Positions 1 through 12,960 of a DNA stretch of 64,000 nucleotides are shown one piece after another. A program made the translations under genes and the position numbers. Source of the DNA: the human T2T-CHM13v2.0 reference genome, Homo sapiens; NCBI RefSeq assembly GCF_009914755.1, contig NC_060926.1. One strand, 5' to 3'. Positions within the stretch are counted from its first letter, which is position 1; each line of letters begins with the position of its first letter. Under the pieces are notes generated by a model, which was not told where the DNA came from, did not search any database, and saw nothing but the letters and a program-made list of their open reading frames with translations.

Positions 1-823
1 TGCGTACCACCATGTTCTTCAGAGAGAAAGAGAATAAAGGTTAAAAGAAAAAGAAAGCAGGAGGTATGTTCTAATTATTATTTATATTTCATACTTATAA
101 AGATGCAACTGTTTCCTAGACTGCAGTGTATTTTTTTAGATAAAGCTGACAAAAACAACCATCACAACCAAAAAATGACAACTGCAGACGTTTAAGGCTG
201 ATTGGTTATGGGGTCAGGGAGGTAATAAAGACAACTAGCTATCCATGATGCTCATTGAGGACTGGCTTGTTAAAATTTCTCTACCAGGAGGGCTAGAATC
301 TCTTTGCCTTTTCTTACTGCTCATTTGGACTGCTTGGGGAGACAGTGCAGCATTAACAGAGAAATGCCATTCAAGTCCAAAGAGGACACTGGCTTTGAGC
401 TTGGCTGGGGAGATAACTGTCCACCTTAAGAACATTGCTCCATTTTTTTTGGACTCCATGTCTTCATCTGTAAATGAGGTTTCAAATTCTGAGAAGAAAA
501 TTCCACGAATCTCTCCACCGATACCCACAGGGTAGGTGATCTTCTCTTTCATGCTGGAGGAAATTTGAGAGAGCAGATTGCCACTGTGTAGGTCAGGTCT
601 GGGTTCTTTCTAGTCCAGAGTAGGGAAGAAACAGGAAAGAGGGCTGGTGTTGAAGGACCTTCAGCCACGAGAAGGGCTGTGTACCATGTAGCCCTCTGGG
701 GAGGCACAAAAAGGCTCACCATTTTCTGAAAATGACTAGACTGCAGGATCCACGTGAGTGTGACTATTGCATTCATGACCTTATCCACAGGGCCTCACAA
801 GGTGCCTGACATGCAGTAGGCTC

Positions 824-999
824 CAGATGCATATTTATTATAAAGTGAATAGTCCTTAAGCTGCAGGGTCCCTTCTATTTGCATTCTAAGAAATAGTCAC
901 TTTTATGCCTAATTTTGTATTTGCAGTTTTATAAGTTTTATAAGAGGGTCTCCCAAATAGTATAAACTTCAAGCCCCACAAAACCTATGTTTGCCTCCC
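824..999 (+). mobile_element. Arthur1A (MER69A)-like short hAT-Tip100 DNA transposon inserted in an L2 3' end
   Basis: Ends with CCCAAATAGTATAAACTTCAAGCCCCACAAAACC, like the recalled Arthur1 terminus. An L2 tail motif (GTGCCTGACATGCAGTAGG ... CAATAAATATT) is split around it. Confidence 0.65.
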
Positions 1000-1324
1000 A
1001 TAGGCATGCAATAAATATTCGTGGATCTAATGAGTAACAAGAAAAAGAAGGAACAAAACCCTAACCCCTCCCCTACCCAAACCAGTGGCAACCGGGAGGA
1101 TCAAATTCAACCTTGATCAGTCAGAGGCAGCATTCCTAAATTATTCCCAAGCAGCAATAGACAATGATTTACCTCAATTAATTCAGCCAGTTAAAAGCTT
1201 AGTTCTTACTTGCCAACCGAAGGCTTGAAGGCAAATGTGTTTAAGCCTCTCTAAAGATCTTCTGAGTGATTACAAGAGGATTGTAAACATCTCTGGAGGC
1301 AGGAGATGTAAGTATAGAAGGAGC

Positions 1325-1505
1325 GTTTGTGCTTGGCATTGTGCTAGGTACTTTCACATACAGTGTTTCAATTTATTGTTCCCATGTGGATGAGAAAACT
1401 GAAGCACAGAGAGGTAAAATAATTTCCCTTAAAGTTATGCAACTATTAATGGGTAAAGTTTGGATATGAGTCCGAAATACTATGTATGTTTTCCACTCGT
1501 CCACA
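1325..1505 (-). mobile_element. MIR SINE fragment
   Basis: GATGAGAAAACTGAAGCACAGAGAGGTAAAATAA is the reverse complement of the MIR core. Confidence 0.75.
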
Positions 1506-1855
1506 CTGTTCTACAGTGACAAAATGGAGGGCCTTTTCTTGTGGGTTGTAAAAATCTAAATAAAAAATAAGAAAAGTACAAAGGAGAACAGCAGGAAACT
1601 AAAGTGAATAGGAATTAGTGGACACTGACAGCAATATATTACCTGATTACTTTATGACCTGTGGCATCTTTTATTCTGCTGCTTATTGGAACAAAACCTG
1701 TATAATTCAATGTAGACTGAGAAGAATCTCTGCATTTGGGCGATAGGAACTTTAAGAATCCGTGAGCTTAGAAAGCAATTTGAAGCAGAGGCTGTAGATG
1801 ATTCAAAGATCAAATCCGAGGAAACATGTAATCAGAGGGATCAAAAAAGTGCTTA

Positions 1856-2278
<423 letters not shown>

Positions 2279-2559
2279 TCAAAGAAGTCAGTTTTTTGGG
2301 CACTGCAGTGTCTAAGGCTGTGCTAAACATTGTGGTACATTCAAAAGAAATGCATGGTTGTAATTTCTGCCCATAAGAGCCAACAAGGCAGTCAGGGAGT
2401 CAAAACAGGCCCAGAACATAGGAGATAGAATCATCTGTGATGATAGAAAGTCAATTATGAGGAAGGAATAGGAAATAAGGAAAAATAGAATACACTGCTC
2501 ATTTGGTGGATTTCTTGACCTTTTCTCAGTGTCTCACAGTTTAGAATACAGATTTATGT

Positions 2560-2700
2560 GCATCCTTACAGCAATCTTGTGAAGGAGGCAGGGGAAGTAT
2601 TATTATTAGGAGACTCAGAGGATGAAGTGATTTGCCCAAGGCCACCCAGCTGGGAGTCAAGCTCACACCCACTGATTCCCAGGCTAGTGTTCTTACTAGA
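2560..2700 (-). mobile_element. MIR SINE fragment
   Basis: GAGACTCAGAGGATGAAGTGATTTGCCCAAGGCCACCCAGCT matches the antisense MIR core. Confidence 0.7.
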
Positions 2701-2897
2701 CGATAATTCTTTATTGAGTCACATTTTATTGGGCAGTATTTACATGACCTAATGCATTTTAAAACAGCGACAAGTTTCCTATTCACTGAGTTGACAGTGA
2801 GTATACAAATTTGGCTCAATGTTAAAAGTGTGAGAGGAGAAATCTATGACTTTGGATTCAGGCTAAGGAGACATTTGGACATATTCTAGGACTTGGC

Positions 2898-3049
2898 CAG
2901 TGGTGCGCTGCTTAAATGGCTCTAGAGAAGTGCAGAACCTGCTCTGCAGCATTTACTAATTTCCATAGTGTTGGATCCTCCCATCCTAGCTGATTCTAAG
3001 CTATCAACCTAGTTTAAGGTCCAGCTCAGGAAATTCCTGAATATCACTG
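2898..3049 (-). mobile_element. MER63-like hAT-Blackjack DNA transposon fragment
   Basis: CAGTGGTGCGCTG terminus and internal GCATTTACTAATTTCCATAGTGT...CTCCCATC...AAGCTATCAAC resemble recalled MER63. Confidence 0.55.
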
Positions 3050-3304
3050 CTAGCAGTAGTTTCTTCACTCTTCTACTGTTAGTTTTGGCGCTAAGAAGCA
3101 TCTTGAGATAAAAGTTTAGACCCAACTTGAAAATCTTGAGTTTGGTTCCGGGGTTATGCCTCCCTGTCTTCTTTGTCTGTGCCTGTCCATTAGAATACAA
3201 ATTCATATTATGTGTCTCATTGATTTCTTAGAAAGTGGTTTGACTTTATCTGTTTGATATATACATGCTGACTACATTATTGATTATTGCTTCTTTTTAA
3301 TTCT

Positions 3305-3609
<305 letters not shown>

Positions 3610-4599
3610 TAATTCTTAAAGAACAATGAACTCCTAATGGATCTGAAGTCTTTCCAGGACCCATAAGAAAGATGTGGTTTCATTTAAATATTCTCCCTTT
3701 CCTTACACATGAAAACATTTCTATAGGGAACTAATCCATTCAAGATCTCTACTTTTGCTGAATTTCATATATTCTGATGTTAATGAGCATCTGATTCTGG
3801 GCTTCTGATGCTTTGCCTTGATTCTGTTGATTGCTATTCCTTGCCTTAGCAGCATTGCTTTTCCATGATTATGTCAAAATATTTGCTTTAATCATGTTGC
3901 TGTGAAAACCTGAAGCACAAGGTATCCATTCAGTTTTATTCTTCCCCAGTGGGCACAACTTTCACTGGATACTAATGAAAGTTGCAAATGTGGGTAAAGG
4001 AGAAACTAGTGCCTTTGGAGTTGGGCTGGTTATTTAAAGATGTATTGCCATGGCACTTAAGGGAAATGATTTATCTGTTTTGTTTTGTCCTCCTATAAAT
4101 CAAAAACACACCACAGTGTTAAGCATTTCTCAATATTTATGCTAATATAAATTTGGGCTTACATACTTGACACTAATTCAGGAGAAGCTGTGGTATTAGA
4201 ATAATGGCTACCTGTGACAGCCACAGTGTTATTCAACAAGCACTTTAACTCTTTATTAGGCTATGGATGTTCTGTAGAAAACAGACGCAGTAAATTTCCC
4301 TGGCAGAAGCAGCTTCTCTGGTAGGTAAACTGAGATCACATTTTTTGTCTTTTGCTTGGTTTTGTTTTTGACACTCGGTTAGCAATTGCATTTATAAATT
4401 TCTTACTAAGGAGGCACTTGGAATAGAGTTAGGAGTCAGAGGATGAGTCCTGTGGGAAATCGGAACCCAGAAAGTTTGACTCTGTAAGTCTTGAATAGTC
4501 CATGGATCCAGCAGGCAAACAAATAAAATAAACATTTGCTAAAGAACAGATTTTTGTCGCTTAACTAAGTTTCTTCCTTTTCTGTCATTGTGTTAGCAT

Positions 4600-4790
4600 C
4601 ACCAAGATGTGACTCTTTCAAGTTCCTCAACCTCTTTGTACCTCAATTTTCTCATAGAAAAATGGGAATAATAATAGAACTCATATCAAAAGAGTCCTCC
4701 ATCCATCAGAGTGAGAGTGAGTGAGACAAATGCATATAGGTTGTGCCCGTATATGCACGTGGCAGGCAGGCTCACTACAGGTTACCGGGT
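4600..4790 (+). mobile_element. MIR SINE fragment
   Basis: AACCTCTTTGTACCTCAATTTTCTCATAGAAAAATGGGAATAATAATAG matches the MIR core. Confidence 0.7.
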
Positions 4791-6257
4791 GTGACAATTG
4801 CCACTGACAACTGGGATCCTGATAATATCTCTGAACTCTGGATTGTGTTGGAGAATTTGTGAAAGTCCACTAGACCTCATCAACCACAGGCAATTTTCTG
4901 AGATGTCATGTTGGGGCTTCCCCCAACTAGTCTGTAGCAGAGGCCCAGAGACTTGCTGGGGTCTACTGCACTGGGGGTGTCTTCAGTGCCTCTTCAGTCT
5001 ATGAATTGGGCCAATTGCTGATTAGCTGCCTGGCTGACCTTTGATTGGGGGGAACACTTCAGCTTTACTTTCCATATTTCTCAGTGTCTGAGTGCATTTT
5101 TGACATTTCCTATCTGCATCTACCCACAACGTGCCCACATTTAATTTGGTAATTGGCTTCCTCTGGAAGATATAACTAATGTAGATACCATATTTCTCAC
5201 AAAAATTTGGGAGTTTTTTGATCATTTTTGATGCAAAGTACAATGAGAATTCAAGACCTTATTATTATTCTTACTAAACAAGAGGCGCACCAGGTTTAAA
5301 GTCAGATTTGTTTCTGTGTTAATAATACATTTGTATTACCCTTCCTTGCAATCCCCGTCTCTACTCCTGCTATCTTCAATGTGAGTTTGCACTTGTCAAA
5401 ATGAATAATATGCAGCATCAATTCAAACTCCACTTTTCCAGTGTGTTCAGCTGTAATAGTTTCACTTTGCCTTGATTCTGTTGATTGCTATTAAATCCTG
5501 GATTCCTTTAAAATCTGGGAGATGGTCCTTAAAGTCTCACTTATAAATTGTGTGCATTTATTAGAATCTTGTTTAGAACAAAGAGTATTCAAGCCCCTGG
5601 AAAAGATTGCCGTTTACTTCTACACTCTAGATAGAAGAGGTTGCAGAAACACATTTTGTTTTTTGAGGAAAAAATTGTTTCAAAGGTATAATAAATGGTT
5701 GTGGAGAAGCTCTTCCTTTTCCTTCCTTCCTTCCTTCCTCTGTCCCTCTCTCTTTCTATGTTTTGTCTTGTGGGGGAAAATTATAATCTAAACCCAACAC
5801 ACTTTAGTGAAGACAGCGGATTTTGGCCAAGATTCACAAGTTTCTTTGTGTCTATATGCCATTGATGTAAATGAAATGTTAGTTGAATGTATTATGACAG
5901 CATTATTCTCATGGGGTATATTTAGATTTCAAAATCCAGCCCCCAACTCTTTTATTCAATGACTATGGTTATTTTAGACTACGTTTTAAGAAATAATTCC
6001 AGATAAAGTATTACAAATATCAAACCTATTTTTAAGAAAATCAACCTACTCCAAATAAACACCCATCCAAAGTGTAGTTAAGTCAGTTGAGCATGGTAAA
6101 TAAAATCCAGTGGCTATCAATACTGGCTGAGCACACCTGCAGGCACAGCTGTGTGCTGGGTGCTGGGCACAGGAGTCCTGGAAGGCACTGTGACAGAACA
6201 GCTTATGGGAGAGGAAGAGGGGACGCTGATTTGTTGAATGCCTGTTATGGTTACAAC

Positions 6258-7385
6258 TAGATGCAGGTTTACCATGAGGCTAATGAACCTTGAGCTTTAG
6301 GGCCCACATTTGCACAGATCCTTTCCAAGACCCTGTAGCACCTAAGTAATATGTTCACATGGCCACGTGTTTTGTAAAGTTTGGAAAAATAAGATATTTA
6401 AGTGCAGTTAGTTATGATCACTGTTTTTGTTTGCTCCTACTTCCCCTTTTGATAGGTACTTCCTTTAGTATTGAGTAGTGGGTGTGTTTAAAGATGGCCA
6501 CTAGTATTTTGGGGACCTCGTTAAGGGAAATTGGGTTGGGACAACATTTTGTTTTGGTTTCCTGGTCTGCAGTCACTTCATGCCCAGTTATGTTCTTGCT
6601 AACCATCCCAGTGTAGAGACAGCTTCCCAGAATACATGTACTGTCCACCGGCTGACACCCAGCATGGGGGACAAAACTCAGAGCCCAGGCGTTGTATCAC
6701 AACAGCAACACGCTCTACAGGGCCTGGCATCAGCATCAGAAATAGGTGACCGATGAGGGAGACACAAGATTTGAAATGTACAGAGGCAGAATCTGGTGTC
6801 ATCAATGACTGGTGAAAACGGAAGCTCTTTTCTGTCAGGAATATACTTAATAATGAAACACAAATCGCCGTGTATAAACCCACCATACATTTTTCTTGGT
6901 GTGAGAAAAACGTGAGAAAAATGTGAGAAATAGAATGGATCACAATTCTTGTATTTTTAGGGTACAAACCCGTAGCCATATTATAAACAGAAATATGGCT
7001 GTGTTTAATGCTTAATGCATCCAGCTATCAATAATATAAAACAAGTTTTGTTCAATTGAAGTAGAGCAAAGGCTAAATTATCTTTTTATTCTCTCTATAA
7101 AAATCATATTACAAAATCATTGTCATATAAAGAAGTGATAAAGACTGTGCAGCCAAATATGGGAAAAATATTATGGAGGTTCATCAGGCTATTAATAAAA
7201 ATATTGGGTTATTTTTCTGTATTTTGTGATGCATATGGCATTTGGCAGCTTAAAAATATGTAATTTATGGTGATTCCTTTTCTCTTTCTAAGTACGCATT
7301 CACTTTCACTTTCTCTTCTAGTCTTTAGACAGTGCTCTCCAAATTGTAAGCACTCTGAGCCCCACACAGTCTGGATCCACCAGGC
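6258..7385 (+). mobile_element. Arthur1B (MER69B)-like hAT-Tip100 DNA transposon
   Basis: Begins TAGATGCAGGTTTACCATGAGGCTAATGAACCTTGAGCTTTAGGGCCC and ends GCCCCACACAGTCTGGATCCACC. Both termini resemble the recalled Arthur1 ends and the element at 824-999. Confidence 0.7.
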
Positions 7386-8145
7386 CCAGGCTCTGTGCCA
7401 GTTTCAGGCATGTTAATCTTATTTCAGCTGCACCTTGGCTGGGCATGCTAGAACCTGCTCATCCCTTTTCGTACAAAAAGTGAGGCTCAACAAGGTGGAG
7501 TCAGTTTCCCGAGGTGAGATATAAGCGCAGGCCTGGATCCTTCCCCAGGTCAGCCTGTATTCACCACATGCTGGATTCACACCCAAGCCCAAGACTTGGC
7601 AGTGAGACTTTTCTCTTTTCAAGGCTGCCCTTGATGTCTGTCCTTTAATGTAGCACTTAGGAGCTTTCTCATTTAGCCTTCACAGTAGTTTTTTTCTTGT
7701 TTCATTACACCTCCCTTATTTTCAGCAAACTTTAAAAAATCTATTTCGCACTGTGAGCAGAGGTCACCAGGTGGAAATCTCAACCCCTCCTCTTCCTCTG
7801 ACCCCCGCCCCCAACCATCCTCCTCCTAGCCTGTCCTAGTGGAACTCAGTGAACGATGCCCCTCTGTTTCGCTCCTGCAAACCAGCAGTCCTCCCCACTT
7901 CACTCACTCACTCACCTCTGCATTCAGTCAGTTCCAAGATTTGTAGAGTTAAGCTCGTCAATACCTCTCGCCCTCCCTCCATCCCGCCGACCCTCCCCTC
8001 TGCCCCATCATTAGCTCAGGCCCGGATTGGGATTGGTTTAACTAAGTGACCTGCTACTTGGCCTCCTTGGTTTAGCTCTTCTTTAATCTGTTCTCAACAA
8101 TGCTGCCATCTGATTCTATTCCCCTTCTGTTTAGAATCGTTTAAG

Positions 8146-8915
8146 TCATTCATTTATCATCTAACAAATCCTTACTGAGATGCTAATTTGACGTGGGCAA
8201 TGGGGACACAGTGGAGAACAAGACAAAGTTCTTACCTTCATGGAGCTCACATTCTAGCATGGGGAGACCCACTATAAACAATGTTAATAAGTTAAGAATA
8301 TAGATATTTCTAAAATCTGGACAAAAATGTGCATGTCAGAGAGTGATAAATGTTAGGCAGGAAAATGAAGCAGGGTAGGGGACCTAAAGCAAACGAGCAG
8401 CAAGGGAAGGGAATTTCTTATTTTGTGTATAGACTGGCTGGAGGAGGCTTCACTGATAAAGCAGATATTTGTCTGAGCAGAGACTTGAATGAAGCAAGGG
8501 CGACAAGCCATCGGGACATGCGGAAGAACATTCTAGGAGAGGAAACCGTAGGAAGGAGCATGACTGCCATGCTGGAGGTGCAGCAAGGAGGGTGGAATCT
8601 TGGTACCTTGGTGGGAGCTCAGGGGCATGGGTTGACAGCATGGCATTGGGTGTATGTCATGGGAGGCCTCTTGCTATTGAGAGGTTTGGTTTTTACTCTG
8701 AGTGGGTTGCAGCATTGTGAGGTTTTGAGCAGAGTAGTGATATGATCTGAGTTGTAGGTAACAAAATCACTCCTGGCAATGTGTTGGGAAGGGATTGTAG
8801 AGGGGCAAGAGTAGAAGCAGGGAGAACATCAGGAGACCACTGCCATGATCCAGGCAAGAGGTGATGATGGCTTAGAGCGGATGGCAAGAAGTGGGCAGAT
8901 TCTGGATGTCTGTTG
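8146..8915 (-). mobile_element. L2a LINE 3' fragment
   Basis: Antisense L2a hallmarks: TCATGGAGCTCACATTCTAG, GGTTTTGAGCAGAGTAGTGATATGATCTGA, CAGGCAAGAGGTGATGATGGCTT. Confidence 0.85.
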
Positions 8916-9212
8916 CATGGTTCTGTGTCCTTCAAGATAAAATGCCGAGTGCTCAGCATATCACACAAGGTCCTTCGTATCTGTCTCCTTCATATTTCTT
9001 AGCTGTCCCTAGGGCTTTGCACATACTACTCTGTGTTCCCAGAGCCCCTAGCTACTTCCTTGAATGCACAACTCAGTAAGCCCTCTCTTTTCTTCCTCCA
9101 AACCTGGCTGGACTATTTTTTCAGCTCCTTGCACTTGTCTCCATTCCTTTGTGATATAATTGTGTCTTTACTTGTTTGCCTTCTCCACACTGGGCTGTGA
9201 GCTCTTTGAAGG

Positions 9213-9533
9213 AAGAAATTACCTGAGACTGGGTAATTTATAAAGGAGAGAGGTTTAATGGACTCGTGGTTCCATATGGCTGGGAGGCCTCACAATCATG
9301 GTGGGAGAGAAGGAAGAGCAAAGGGATGTCTTACATGGTGGCTGGCAAGAGGACTTGTGCAGGGGAACTCCCATTTTTAGACCCATCAGATCTTGTGAGA
9401 CTTATTCACTACCACAAGAACGGTATGGGGGAAACCGCTGGCCTGATTCAATTATCTCCACCTGGCCCCACCCTTGACACATGGAGATTATCACAATTCA
9501 TGGTGAGATTTGAGTGGGGACACAGCCATATCA
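9213..9533 (-). mobile_element. THE1-family MaLR solo LTR (one end truncated)
   Basis: GAGACTGGGTAATTTATAAAG...CCATCAGATCTTGTGAGACTTATTCACTA...GTGGGGACACAGCCATATCA. Confidence 0.9.
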
Positions 9534-9620
9534 CCAGTGCTTGGCACATAAAGAGATATTCAATAAATATTTGTTTCGTGGTGAAATATATACACTAATA
9601 AGGCCTGGGCTTGAACTTCT

Positions 9621-9929
9621 TTTTTTTTTTTTTTTTTTTTTTTTTTGAGAAAGGGTCTCACTTTGTCACTCAGGCTGGAGTGCCATGGCATGATCACAAC
9701 TCACTATAGCCTCAAACTCCTGGGCTTAAGTATCCTCCCACTTCAGCCTCCCGAGTAGCTGGGACCACAGGCATGTACCACCAAGCTTGGCTGATTTTTA
9801 AATTATTTTTGTAGAGATGTGGTGTCTCTCTGTTTTCCAGATTGGTCTCCAACTCCTGGGCTCAAACAGTCCTCCTCCCTTGGCCTCCCAAAATACTGAG
9901 ATTACAGGCATGAATCACCATGCCTGGCC
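9621..9929 (-). mobile_element. AluJ, full length
   Basis: Long poly-T tail; perfect 15-bp TSD TGGGCTTGAACTTCT at 9606-9620 and 9930-9944. Confidence 0.97.
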
Positions 9930-10279
9930 TGGGCTTGAACTTCTGGTTCTTCAAGGAAAAGCCCTAGAGAAGCATTCCCAGCCTAGGGACATACATAAAC
10001 AAAGACAGCAGTGGGATTTAACTTTGGAATATAGACACTGCAACCTTAGGAACTTTTTAGAGTATCGTGGGGTTTAAACAAACAAAAAGAAAAAACTAGC
10101 AGTATAGGCAAAAGGAGTGAAGGGTCAGCAGTTATGGAGTAAAAATACAAAGACTTACTGTTTGTAGAGTGCCTACTCTCAGTCATACTCTCTACTAGCA
10201 TCTGAACTATGGAGTCAGAGATTGACCTGGAGGCTTCTGGGGCCCTGTGAAACCTGGCTGAGTGTGTTTTTTAAAAAAG

Positions 10280-10639
10280 TGTTATGGTCTGAATGTTTGC
10301 ATCCTCCCAAAATTCATATGTTGAAATATTAACCCCACGGTGATGGTATTAGGAGGCAGGGTTTTTGGGAGGTGATTAGCTCATGAGGGAAGAACCCTCA
10401 TGGATGAGGTTAGTGCTCTTACAAGAGGCCAAAGGGAGCTGATTTGCCCCTTCTGCCATGTGAGGTTACAGTAAGAAGATATCCATCTATAAGAAAGCGG
10501 GCCCTCACCAGCATCTGGCCATGCTGGCACTGTGATCTTGGACTTCCCAGGCTCCAGGACAGTGAGAAATAAATTTCTGTTGTTTATAAGTCACCCAGTT
10601 TAGTGTATTTTGTTACAGAAACCCAAACAGACTAAGAGA
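10280..10639 (+). mobile_element. MLT1A/MLT1A0-like MaLR solo LTR
   Basis: TGTTATGGTCTGAATGTTTG...AAATTCATATGTTGAAAT...GAGAAATAAATTTCTGTTGTTTATAAG...ACAGACTAAGA. Confidence 0.88.
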
Positions 10640-10899
10640 ATAAGCTTCCAAGAGTTCACCCATCCTCTGAACAGGCAGAAGGATACAAACATGATGAAAC
10701 CAGCATTTGAGAAAGAGTATGGAAATGGTCCCTTGCCAGGGTCCCCATGTGTCACCATATGCAAGTACCATAAAAATACTTATTCTTCTTGGCATCCCCA
10801 ACAGCATTTAGAATTGATATGACTGCTGGGTACTTTGTCACAATTCACTTGTTAGTCTTCACCTAAGTGGTTTTATCTCTGTGTTTAGCATTTCGCCTG

Positions 10900-11690
<791 letters not shown>

Positions 11691-12539
11691 AGCACAGTTG
11701 AAGGGTAGAAGGGAGCCAGGCTCAGAACCCCATGCTTAGTACCCTCAAGTCATGAGAACACCAGGACTACATCTTGGAGCCAAATAACATGTTTGCAAAC
11801 AAAATATACACAAGGAGCAGTTTGGGAGAAGCAAAATCATCAGCATGGCTGGTTGAACACCTTCTGTGAAAAGATTTGTTTTCGTTAGATATTCTAAATG
11901 TTACCTTCCAGCTTCAATAGGTCAATCCGTTTCTTTCTTCTATGGACACAGGGACCATGTTTTTCAGGAACAAATGACCCTGAGCTGAGAATCCTTGTGG
12001 GGCAATCTGCTGCATTATTCCCTGATAAATGGCCTTTACCATAAAGATGTCATGGATTGCCACAAAGAATATTCTAAAAAAGGAATATTTCTCATTATGA
12101 AAAATCCTGTGAAGACAGTTATCACAGTTTTGCTATGAACTGTCATAGCAAACAGTTGTTTTCTAGTTGATACAACATTATTTTGTGAAGTCTTTTATTT
12201 ATTATTAAAATGAGAATTCCATTAATTTCAGTCTTGTGTTTCTAAAACGTAATATTTTCTCATAGGGATCAGGAATCAGGCAAACATCTTTCATTTTTGT
12301 CTAAGATGGTTTTGGGTAGACAAAAAGTGAAATGGATTCCATCTCTCACAAGTACAAAGCTGCCTTATTATTGGAGTCCCTCCATTATGCATTGTGCAGA
12401 GGAGCAAAAGTAATCATAACATGAAAATCTTTACTAATGTTATTTATTCATTTATTCACTTAAAATTCATTTATTCACTTAAAAATCTCTCCCCTAGTTA
12501 ACACAAAATTTGCCATTTACTTTAACAAAATAGTATAAG

Positions 12540-12960
12540 TCTGCAAAGTGAAGCTGTAAATCTTACAAAAGATGTGGGATTGGTAAAGTTGATAAAAGTG
12601 ATGTTGACAATTGTTTGAATCATATGCAAAGCTATAGAAAGATAGGTGCAGCAAACCACCATGGCACACTTTTACCTATGTAACCTGCATATCCTGCACA
12701 TGTAACCCAGAACTAAAAATTAAAATTTAAATTAAAAAAGAAATTAAAGAATCAGTAAAATAAACAATAAGTAAGAGAGAAAAAAATGATAAACTAGAAG
12801 TTCTTCATAAATGTTTAAAAATCAAATGATTAAGAGGGCCCTTGAGAAAATACTAAAGTCCTAAAATATTACTATTTTTATGATAGGGATATCATGATGT
12901 GGTATTATACTATCATAAAATTTGGTAGAAAAGTTATGTGAAGAAATCTACTTGTTTCAT
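12540..12960 (+). mobile_element. Ancient Tigger/pogo-like transposon remnant (tentative), interrupted by a short L1 tail
   Basis: GTAAATCTTACAAAAGATGTGGGA...GTTGATAAAAGTGATGTTGAC translates with a frameshift to VNLTKDVG..VDKSDVD, like Tigger transposase C-termini. Confidence 0.4.
12641..12745 (+). mobile_element. L1PA 3'-terminal fragment
   Basis: GATAGGTGCAGCAAACCACCATGGCACAC...CTGCACATGTAACCCAGAACT followed by an A-rich tail. Confidence 0.9.

Larger units (their letters stand above)
7850..9590 (+). mobile_element. Old L2 LINE 3' region in three pieces (interrupted by an antisense L2 and a THE1 LTR)
   Basis: L2-like pieces at ~7850-8120 and ~8920-9212, plus the tail CAGTGCTTGGCACATAAAGAGATATTCAATAAATATTTGTT at 9535-9590. 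Confidence 0.55.

Noticed and set aside
235-552. 105-aa minus-strand and 96-aa plus-strand ORFs
   Set aside because: No recognisable protein. The region includes a MIR-like core (TCTTCATCTGTAAATGAGG), and these lengths are expected by chance.
6599-6979. 126-aa minus-strand ORF
   Set aside because: Lies inside the Arthur1B-like remnant; no transposase or other motif.
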